Shown here one piece after another: positions 12,720 to 22,930 of a stretch of 38,993 nt of DNA. The translations under genes were made by a program, and so were the position numbers. This DNA is from Raillietiella orientalis (Eukaryota): the NCBI GenBank assembly GCA_036172245.1, contig JAYWIR010000123.1, forward strand, positions 62,001 to 100,993, in the 5' to 3' direction. Numbering within the stretch: position 1 is the first letter of the stretch; every line of letters begins with the position of its first letter. The notes below the pieces were generated by a model, which made no database searches, was not told the DNA's origin, and worked only from the letters and a program-made list of their open reading frames with translations.

Positions 12720-12932
12720 CGCATCGCCATTTTCCCAGGATTAACACTAGGGGTCGTCAGTCGCAGTCATATTCGCGCGGCCTGTTGGAATGCCAAGGAG
12801 CTGCGCGACGACGAAAACAGGCGAGCTACAAAGAACACCCTGCGTGAGCTAGACCTGGCCCTGTTGCAGGAGGTCCATGTCATCACCGCGGAAGACGTCC
12901 AGGAGATCGAGTCGATCGCGGATGGTCGGCTC
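12714..12932 (+). mobile_element. Fragment I2: ORF1 end / ORF2 endonuclease start of a second B-family copy, fused to I
   Basis: GGACGCCGCATCGCCATTTTCCCAGGATTAACA matches the ORF1 end of B (38951-38983). Followed by IRAACWNAKELRDD..LRELDLALLQEVHVITAED. Confidence 0.85.
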
Positions 12933-15009
12933 TTGATGACCCAATTGCACCGGGGCGTTTATTAAAAAACTGTCAGGAAACAGAGTTCCTGGACAAGGAA
13001 AAACAAGAGACAAAGGGGGTGGGATCCCCGACACGCAGGTTGGTATGCCGAAAGTACGGAACAGGAGGGAAGAGAACAGAAATACACTCTAATGAAAAAA
13101 AAAAAAAGTATGGAGGGCAGCGGACAGGGGTGTTTGGTTTGGCCGTTCCTTCGTTTCAAAACTGGCGATGGATACCGATGATTTCTCTCCTCACGTCCTC
13201 TGACACATGGGCCCACTCGGCAGCCGACCACATGCTTGCCCTGGCTAATCCAATGGACTGACGATATATGGCCAGCTTCACCTACTCTCGGTGGGCCTTG
13301 TCGATGGCGCGGGTGCAACACACGGCTGCAACAACAGCACCTAGAGACAGGCCGCCTAGCGTGAAGAGACGGCGCATCAAGTCTCTCGCGGTGTCCGTCT
13401 GGTGCAGGAGAGATGGAGCCAGCCTCCGCCAAAGTCGTAGGAGGGCACCGCAGTCCAAGAGCAGGTGCAAGAGCGTTTCCACTTCCCTACACCGCTTGCA
13501 GTTTGGGGAGACAACTGCCCCGGAAACAAGGATCGTTCGCTGGTTGGAGTGAATACCTCAATGCACCAGCATGATGACGTCCTGTTTCCACGATAGGGGG
13601 AACACAGAAGTTTTTTTAAAAAGAGCAAGAAACTACAAGTTCTTCAAGGGGCACACTCAAGTGTTCACTCCACCGAAGAAGTCCCTGCGGGATGTGAAGA
13701 GGCGTGGAGGCATCTGCCAGCTCGCAAGTCCTCTAGACGCCAATAAGTCGCGTTGTTCCTGCAATGATGCAGGCGACCTCCCATCTCGCAGGTTCGCCGC
13801 TGTCATCTCTTGCCCTGAGGGCTGACAGCGCGTCGGCGAGGGGGGTGAGGGCCAGGCAAGTCTACTTCTCCTGGCTGTTGCAGACCTCATCCACTGTGCA
13901 GTACGGGGAGAGGTGAACGCAACAGAGTTCCAGGAGGGAAACATCTTGGTGCTTTGCCCAGCCGTGCATCGGTTTCTGCTGCATGCTTGAAAGTTCGTTG
14001 GGCAGAAGGAGATCCATTCCTGAGCTGCTAGGGGCCAGTAGAGGTGCTTCAACGGGAAACAAAAGTTCTTGTAGCGCGCTACGTATGCGGCCGCAGCGAA
14101 AGCATTCCATCGCTGCCGGTGCAGCGCCGCAGGAGAAGGCGCGCGGAAGCGCATCGAGGAGTGGACCAAGGGTTGGCGCAAAGGGCCAACATCCGAAGCT
14201 GCACCTTCAGATCGATTCTCTCCAGCATCAGGAAGCCTAAGCCAGCATCCCGACGCGGAGCCGCCAAGTCTGTGAGGCGGATCCTGGATCTCGCAGGTCC
14301 ACAAAGAGCGTTTCTCTACAGGCTGTGCGCCTGTAGCTTGGTCGAGTAGGAAGGCGGGCAAACAGGGGGCGCAAGAGGAAGGCAACGATTCTGTTCCATA
14401 TCGCGGCCCGCTACGACAGGAGGAACCTGCCATTGTGGAACGGGCTCAGAGTACTCGTAGCCTTTTGAAGGCAGTCCGACCACACTTCCTCTGGGCTGTT
14501 GTTACCCAGCGGAACGCCCAGATATTGGATGGACGAAGCGGTCAAGATACCCAGGCGGATCCAGTCGGACTGCCTATCCCACGCCGCACAAATAGGAACG
14601 ACCACGCTCTTGCTCCGGTTTAAGCTCATGCCCGCTCGCCGGTGAATCAGCTCGAAGAAATACTCAAGACTGGACTCCAGAGTGGTCATGGGTAAGAGGA
14701 GAAGCAGGTCATCAGCATAGGCCGCCACGGACGGCGTTCCTGGACAAGAGCTCGGCAGGCTGGACAGCGTGAGCCTGTACGCCATCAGCACCAACTCAAA
14801 GAAGATGTTGAAGAGCAACGGGCTTAAGCTGTCGCCCTGCCTGAAGCTTCGCGCACCGGTACGCCGTACTCGTGGCAGCTGTTGAAAGGCAAAGAAATGA
14901 GCGCGTGGCGAAAGCAAGCGCGCAAATACGCCACGAGGTGCACCGGGAAACCGAGGCATTCCAGGTGCTCCAGCAGAAGATCCTGATTTACGCAGTCGAA
15001 CGCCTTGCG
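12933..15009 (-). mobile_element. Element J: ORF2 3' half (RKAFD to zf-RVT) plus 3' UTR and terminus; degraded
   Basis: RKAFDCVNQDLLL, RQGDSLSP, AYADD, IQYLGVP, RRDAGLG, ETLLHLLLDC. Terminus AATAAACGCCCCGGTGCAATTGGGTCATCAA. Confidence 0.9.
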
Positions 15010-16161
15010 TGCTCCAAGGTAGACGTGTTTTCTCGGTGCTCCTTGTGCCAGGAAGTCTCCCCCAGTGGAAGCGTCGTGTGTTTCGGTGGTCGATCAGGCA
15101 GCGATGCCTGACGCGACCACCAGGGATGGCCAGGGAAAAGCGGCAACGCCGCCACCAGAGGCGATGGAGGTGGGGGCATCCGCCCCCACAGAATCGGTCC
15201 CCGCTGCAGCGCGGGCGTGGAGCGCCGTTGTGTGGGCGCCATCGCCTCTAGCCGCGGCGGAATTCTCGGCCTATGTAGAGGAGGGGTACAAACCCTCATT
15301 GTTCTACAACGTAAGCAACCTTTATTCTTTAGAGAGGGAGCACGCCTTTTCGAAGGGCATGAGCGCTCTCGATGTGAAGGAGGAGGAGCTAAGCGCTATG
15401 ACCACCCGCAGCGGGGGTCAGTACATTGAGGTCATCTGCAAACATGCAGAGCTGGCCCAACGACGAATTAAAACCTTCGTTGTGATGGGGACGCGCAGGC
15501 TCCTCTCCACTACGGCGGACCGCAGCATGGTGGTCCACCTGTTAGGCTTAACAGCGCGAATGCGCAAAGAAAAGGTTGGCGCCGCTCTGGAACTGTTCGG
15601 AACGGTCCACGCGCAGTGGACGAAAGTTAGTCCCTTCGAGGACTACACGGGGCTGCAACATGGTCTCACGGCTGCGCGCGTTACCGTTCGGGAGGGCTGC
15701 ACTCTTCCCCACAAACTGGTGGTCGAAGGCCGAACCGTCGACCTCTGGTATGTGGAGTAGCCGAAATACTGTGGCTTCTGCAATACGTCCGTCCACCTCA
15801 AAAAGGTGTCCCAACGTGCAGTGCTAAATATGCGGCACAATGGGTCACACGAGGGAGGTGTGCCCTAAAGAAGCAGTGCGGGTGGTTTCCAAGAGAAAGC
15901 TTAAAAACGCGCCCGGCTTCTGCAGAAAAGGCTGGAGGCGAAAGCTGCCGCGAAGGCTGTGCCACCCGCGCCCAACGCCCAGGCTGCACCCAAGACCCCG
16001 GCCAAGAACGCCGAACAAGTCGAGGGAACTAGCCAGGAGAATGGGTGGCAATTGGCAACGGCGAAAAAATCAAAGAAGAAGAGGAGATTAGAGAAAAAGC
16101 TCGCTTACCGCCAGAAAAAACAGCAGGCAAGCCAGCCGATAAAAAAATGCAGCGTTGTCGT
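15010..16161 (+). mobile_element. Element H (same family as G): 5' UTR plus ORF1 (ATG 15104, premature stops), cut off by element K
   Basis: 5' UTR GACGTGTTTTCTCGGTGCTCC shared with G. MPDATT..VGASAPTESVPAAARAWSAVV, RSGGQYIEVICK, LPHKL..LWYV, decayed CCHC knuckles, ending at IKKCSVVV. Confidence 0.9.
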
Positions 16162-18888
16162 TTATAACCCGGTTGCGCCGGGACGTTAATTCATAATGTC
16201 AACTGGGAACTGTGTTCCCAGGCAAGAAGAACAGAAAATGGGGAGTAGATTTCCCGGAACGTAGGCCGGGTACAATGAGATTTCGAAACGGGAGGGGGTG
16301 GGACAATAAATAAATAAATTGAATGCGAGGGCGGGGATAGACGTATACAGTCTAACCGTTCCTGTTCTCAGAACCGGCGGTGAATGCCGCCGATCTACGT
16401 CCTCACTTCTGCTCACAGGTGTGGCCACCCGAGAGCCATTTCCAGGTTGCAGGCTGCGGTGTCGGGACCGATGTTGGGACTGCTCGCATCTGCAAAACGT
16501 GGCAGGCCCTGACAATGGCGCGGACGCAGCTGATGATTGCGACGACCGCTGCAAGAGAATGACCGCCACGCGTGTAGAAGCGGCGCATCCTATCGAGTGC
16601 GGTGTGTCCGGGATGCAGGAGCGCTGAAGACAGCCGCTGCCACAGATCCTGGAGGGCACCGCACTCAAACAGCAAATGCGGAAGCGATTCCAACGCTGCG
16701 CATTGGGCACAGTTCGGGGAAGCAACTCCCTCGGAAATCAGGTGCGCTTGCTGGTTGCAGTACAAACCCCAATGCACCAGCAGAAAAGCGTACTGTTTCC
16801 ACCGAAGGGGGAAGAGAGTCGTGTCCAAACACGCAGAAGGGACCACAAGTTAATCGGTGGGCACCCCGAGGAGCTCACTGCACTGGAGAAGTCTCTTGTC
16901 ACGAAGGCGAGGTGTGGCAGCGTCTGCCACTTCGCAAGTCCGCCAGCCGCCCAGCAGTCGGGTTTCGCCTGCGATTTCACTTGTGAGCTCCCACCTCGCC
17001 GGCAGGTCACTGTCATCTCGCACCATCAGTGCACACAGTGCTTTGCCGAGTGGCGTAGCGGCTAGGTGTGTCCACTGGACCTGATCTTCCAGCACCTTCC
17101 CCACTGGACAGTATGGGGAAAGTTTCACGCGACGGAGTTCCAAACGGGATACATCCTGTTGCGCTGCCCAGGACGATAAGGCTTCCTGACTCCAGGCGTT
17201 GAAGTAATTCGGCCGGCAGGAGATACACTGATGCTTTCCCAGAAGCGTGGCGAGCTCCTTCAAAGGGAAGCCGAATCCTTTCTGGGCGCGCTCCGTGCGC
17301 AGATGCAACGAACGTAGTCCGTCGCCACCCGTGCAGCTCCGCAGCAGCAGCCGCGCTGGAGCACACCAGGGAGTAGTCCAGAGCTGGGCACAAAGCGCCA
17401 GCATGCGGAACAGCACTAGCAGTCCCATCTGCTCCAGCGTCAGGATGCCCAATCCTGCATCCCGCCGAGGAGCCGCCAAGTCCTTCAGGCGTATCCTGGA
17501 CCTCGCCGGTCCCCACAGGGCGTTACGCAACAGGCGTTGCTCCCGGCGCTTAGCCGAGTAGGGAGGGGGACAAAATAAAAAGAGGGGACGGAGGAGGGGG
17601 GCAACGAAAATGTTCCACACGAAGGCCCGTTCCGACAGGAGAAACCTGCCGCCTTGGAACGGGCCCAGAGCAGTCTCGGCCTTGTGAAGGCAGTCCGACC
17701 ACGCTTCTGCTGGACAGAAGGCGCCCAAGGGAACGCCGAGGTACTGCAAACAAATGCCCGTGGGGATCCCCAGGCGGATCCAGTCGGACTGCCCCTCTCA
17801 CGTAGAGCCAACCGGTACAACGGGTGATTCCGTCCTGTTGACGCTGAGGCCCGCTCCCCGACGAATGAGTTCGAAGAAGTCCTCTATCCTGGACGCCGGG
17901 GTGGACATGGGCAGCAGCAGAAGGTCGTCAGCATAGGCGGCCACGGCCGGTGTTCCCTGGCAGGAGCTCTGCAGGTTGGCCAGCGTCAGCCTGTACGCCC
18001 TCACCACCAGCTCAAAGAAGATGCTGAAGAGAAGGGGGATTGTGCTGTCTCCCTGCCTGATACCACGCCGTATGGGAATGGCGTACACGTGGCGCCCGTT
18101 GAAAGAGATACAGCATAAAGCGTGGCGCAAGCAAAAGCACAAGTAGGCGATGAGGTGCGTCGGGAGGCCTATGCGTCCCAGAAGCTCCAGAAGGAGGTCC
18201 TGATTTACGCTGTAGAACGCTTTGCAGAGATCGACGCCGACCGCTAAGGCTCCCGGCGTTCCAACGTGCCTTTAACACCGCCGCTTACCTTTGACAGCGG
18301 CGATTTCGACTGCCTGGCTCTGCTGCGCAACGCGCTGCTGCAACTCGAACCATGTTAGCGCGAACAAGAGATTCGCGTCCATGGACCGCCCCAAAACAGC
18401 ATACGTCTGCTCCTGTCTTACCAAGGACTCCGCGAGTTTTCCCAGGCGCCAAACCCATAGCTAGGAGAACAGCTTGACCTCCGAATTCACCAAGGTGATC
18501 GGACGCCATTTGCTGTGGTGACGCAAATCCCCGCCTTTCGGCAGGAGCCGCACCTTTGCTGAACGGAAAGAAGCGGGAACATCTCCCGTCTCACCGATCA
18601 GCGAGGTAAGGCTCAGCACCAAGGGGGCGAGCTTTGCCGCGAAGCACTCAAAGGACTCTGCGGGCAGGCCATCCTCCCCACGCGCCTTACGCCTCCTCAG
18701 GCGTGCTATGGCGGAAGATACTTCTTCCGCCGTGAAGGGCAAGTCAAGAGTGACACGTGCCACCTCCTCGACCGCAATCGAATCTGCCGGCAGAAGCAGC
18801 TGCGAGAGACTGCGTTCCGTCGGCTCCCTTGCATACAACGAGCAGTAGTAGCGCCTTAGGAAACGGCAAACGGCGGAAGCAATTGTTG
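16162..18888 (-). mobile_element. Element K (related to J): ORF2 from the EN-RT linker to zf-RVT plus 3' UTR and terminus; degraded
   Basis: RRYYCSLYAREP, KARGEDGLP, WRPITLVN, RRGIRQGDS, AYADD, QYLGVP, RRDAGLG, CAQCAALESLPHLLFEC. Terminus AATTAACGTCCCGGCGCAACCGGGTTATAA. Right boundary +/-10 bp. Confidence 0.9.
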
Positions 18889-21344
18889 TGCGCTTCGTGG
18901 ATAGAGAGTTTTTTTTTTCTAGGGTTTCGTGTGTGTTTCGCGGCCGTTGACAGGCAGAGATGCCTGTGAGCGCCGCAGTTTCAAGTGATGGAGGCGGGAA
19001 AACCGCGCCTCCCAAGCCAAAGGAGGTGGGATCACGCCCCACCACTACTTCTGAACCCGCCACTACGGCGAGGGCCTGGAGCGCGGTGGCAGCAGCGGAA
19101 ACGCCCGATGTCGCCACAGAGATACAATCCCACATCGAGGAGGGCTACAATCCGGCCCTTCTGTACAGAGTAGGAAATTTATATTCCCCGTTAAGGGCGC
19201 GAAAGTTCTGCAATGCCATCAAAAAGATGGGCATTGCCGACCATGAAATTCTTTGCCTGTCCATACGGAGCGGAGGGCAGTTGGCGGAGCTTATCTGCAA
19301 GGATGCAGCTCTTACCCACAAGATGCTCTGCACGCCCGTACAATTTGAGGGCAGGAATTTACTCCAACACACGGTGGACCCCTCCATTGTGGTCCACCTA
19401 ACAGGGACAACAGTGCGGATGGATGAGAACGTCATCCGCGCTGAACTCGAAAAATTCGCTAGCGTTTTCGCGATGTGGGGAAAGCCCAACACCTTCGGAG
19501 TGAACGGTGCGTTCAGTGGGCGAGTAGGCGCGCGCGTGACGCTTAGAGAAAGCGTACAGCTTCCCCACAAGCTCCAAATTGGCGACGAGTTCGTCGACAT
19601 TTGGTTTGTGGGGAAACCTAAATTTTGTGGAAACTGTAAGTCGTTCGGGCTTTTGAAAAAGCGGTGCCCGGACGCGGTTTGTCCAACGTGAGGCGCGGAG
19701 GGCCACACCAAAGTGCTGTGCTCGATGAAGGTCGGTCAAACGCCGAAACTTCTGCAAAAGAAGGAAGGGAAGGCAAAAATAGTGAAAAACCCCACAAAAG
19801 GGGATCAGCCGTCGGCTCCGACAAAAGTCGAGCAGCAGGAAAGGGACTCGGTACAGGAGCTCCCGGAAAAGACTGTGGACGAGGAAGGCTGGCAGCTGGT
19901 CACCCGAAAAGTAAAAATCGTCAAAAAAACCGCGCCCGCACCGGCGAAAGTGGTGAAGGGCAAGGGGAAGGTCGTGCCACGCCCAACAATCAAAGCGTGC
20001 AGCGTGGCCATCAAACGCGTGCAGGCGATTGAACTACAACTTAGGTTCAGGACTCTCGCCCTTGCGGCGGAATTGTGGGACACGCCTTGGTGCGTTCCAG
20101 CACGCCTCCTGGCCCAACGAGCCTGCGGATTCGACGGACTTTTGTCGTTTCTGTCTGCGCGCGTCTGCAGAAGACCATACTGTGGCTCTATGCTGCGACG
20201 CATCTTTGTTGCGGTTCGGGAGAACGCCTGGATCTCCTGCCTCCCAGGGAACTACTCCGCCTGGTTGCACGAGTCAGTCTCCAACTGGGTAAACATCCAC
20301 GTTCCGGCGGGCACAAGGAGCACTTGTATGAAAAGGCACGACCGCTTGACGCTGCAGGAGATCGTGCAGTCCCACGACAAGCTTCTGTGGGCCTTGATAA
20401 CCTTCCTCGCCCCAGTGCTGCCCTTCCTTGTGAATGCCAGGGACAGTAGCGAGCAGGGAAAATGGACCGTGTCCTGCACTATAGGCGGCAGGACACAATC
20501 GATAAAGGCGTGGACATCTCGGCAGCTAGCTGACGCTGCGACGCCGAGTGTCCCGCCCAACGTAATTCGACGCTGGGGCGAGCTACTCGGACTATCTCCG
20601 GAGGAAATGAAGTGGCCCCCAGCGTCCTGGAACAGTGCATCCCTCCCCTTGAAATGGCAGAATGTAACGTTGCTTGTAATCCTCTGGGGACTTCCATTCA
20701 AAGCACGCCTTCATCACACAACCCGGAGGGCTGTGGATCCTTATTGTGACCGGTGCGGGGAAAAAGAGACCTTCCCCCACCTTCTTATCGAGTGCAGTGC
20801 CATCCGCCCTTTATGGGATCGTCTCGCGGCGATCCTGGACTTGCGCGGATGCGGTTTAAAGGACGTTTTCAGGCGCCTCTTCTGTAGCGACGCCTTGTCC
20901 CCGCCCGCTAGTGTAGCAGTCCTCTGCTGCATCAGAGGAATAGTGGCGGCTTGGAACGCCACCAGAAGAAGGCGTCAGCCAACCGGCAACGCCTTACACT
21001 GGACTCGCGTTTTCGCGCGAAGTGTCTGCAAGTGGCGCCACTTGGGCGCTGAAAGGACTCAGCTTGTGCGGATCCTGAATAGGATCTAGAGGACCTCTCC
21101 ACGCGCACCGTGATCCCTTCCCCGCCCTCCCACCCCTACAACATTTGTTCCCCCCCACATTTGAACTTTTTGTTTCTTTTTGTTTTTCTTTATTTCCCAT
21201 CCCCTCGCATCGGAAGGACCTCTCCGGGACGGAGCCGGTAACCAGCAATCTGTTTTGGAGTGGTGAACCTTCGGGTTCGCCACGCGACATTTTTCTGTAA
21301 TTTTATTCCTATGAAATAAATGCCTTGGCACATCCGGGTGTGAA
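18889..21344 (+). mobile_element. Element L: 5' UTR plus ORF1 N-half (ATG 18960) fused near 20030 to an ORF2 C-terminus (zf-RVT), with 3' UTR and terminus; EN and RT core absent
   Basis: ORF 18960-19691 has ORF1 motifs. ORF 19713-21089 switches from ORF1 (IKACSVAIKRVQAI) to ORF2 (IELQLRFRTLALAAELW...CDRCGEKETFPHLLIEC). Terminus AATAAATGCCTTGGCACATCCGGGTGTGAA. Confidence 0.85.
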
Positions 21345-22725
21345 CAAGCCGCCGCCGTACGAACGCCGATGCCGCGACAAAGTCGCGAACCCAGCGTGAG
21401 CGGCGACGACCGGGACTTCAACAAGGCGGCGGAAGAGTTGGCAGCCATGCTCCAGCAACCTCCCAAGGCCCAGAAGAAGGCCTTGAGGCGTCCGGCTGAG
21501 GCGAAAGGACCGGAGACTTCCGAGTCCGAAACCGAAGCCGGCAACGCTCCATCTGTCGCTCTCCCGATGCGCAAAGCGGGCCGCAAGGTAGGCAACCCGC
21601 GGCGCTCCGCACCTCCACCGGCGGAGGAGGAAATGCGGTCGGACCACGACGACGGGGACGCGATGTCAACGAGGTCTCGCGACTCCTCGCCGGAGACGTC
21701 CCTGGCTAAGCAGGATCCTCCAACCACCACCTCAACCACCGACGGACCGCCACCTTGCGAGGAACAGCACGTCGCAATGGAAACACAACTCCCGCCTGCT
21801 GAACAGCAGGCGGAGGACGGTAAGCAAGCGCAATAAACACATCACCGCGTGTACTCTCCTCCTGCCGGCGACTGCGCGTAATCTGTTGGAACGTCAACGG
21901 GCTGCGCGACGACGGCAAGAGGAGAGAAGTGGCCGCCAGCCTGCGGGACTTCGTTCTGGCGCTACTGCAGGAGACGCACGTGCTCCACGCAGGGGAGGCC
22001 CAAGAAATCGAACATATCGCAGGCGGGCGGCTCATATACGAGAACGGGATACCGCACTCGCGGTGTGGCTTTCATGCTGAAGCCAGCCGTCGTTAATGCG
22101 CTGCGCGACGAGCATTTCGACGGGGAAGGTCAAATCGGGCAGCTTGTTGCCAAGTGGTCCGACGCGATCGACCTCGTCGTGACCAACGTGTACGCGCCCG
22201 GCACGAGCCACAGGCGCGGGGAACGCACTGCGTTCTTCGAAGGCCTGCGGCGAGATTGGCTGGCCGAAGCAGGCATGCGAAAGGCGCCCCTCATTGCCGG
22301 GGACTTTAACGTCCGCCTGCTGGCAGGTGCGCCCGACATTCGCGCACACCTGGTCAACGAGATGTGCGCTGCCATGCACGCGCGCAACTTGTTGGCCGGT
22401 GACGCCGGGACGGAGACGAGGATCGACCACATGTTCCTCGAGAACCACCTGTGTTCGCGGGTGGCAAATCGAGGGGCAGTGCCATCCGAACTCTCCGACC
22501 ATCCCCGGCTCGTGCAAGATATACACCCGCGCGGTAGAGGTCCACCCTCCAAATTGTGGCGTTTGCCAGGGGACTGATTGCGCCTCGCAGGAGCAGCGCA
22601 ACATCTTCGCTCGTTCCTGCAAGGCTTCCATCTGCAGTCGCTCGCGGATTGGGACGACTTGAAGAGCTCAGTCCGCGAGTTCTGCGACCAGTTTCCCCTG
22701 AACCGTCTCCCTCCAGGTTTCGGCG
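21345..22725 (+). mobile_element. Fragment E: ORF1 C-terminus plus APE endonuclease up to the GFG linker
   Basis: DFNKAAEELAAML..RKAGRK (ORF1, stop 21836). CWNVNG, LLQETH, TNVYAPG, IAGDFN, RIDHMFL, SDHPR, FCDQFPLNRLPPGFG, then cut by the 3' end of D. Confidence 0.9.
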
Positions 22726-22930
22726 TTGTCACCCGGGTACGCCCGGGGCGTTTATTTATAAACTCTACATGCGTGGTACGAAGCCCCACCACGGCCGTAA
22801 ACACGCCACCTGTCGGGACACCGGGACGCAGCCCGGCGTGGCACTCCCCGACAGCCAAGGGGGATGGGGATAAGGCAAAAAGTAAAATAAAAAGAAACAA
22901 ACAAAAATAAGTTGGAGGGCAGGGAAGGGA

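Noticed and set aside
18920..18928. TAGGGTTT telomere/telo-box-like octamer in L's 5' UTR (also ~1044)
   Set aside because: Single short occurrences, compatible with chance; no tandem telomeric array.
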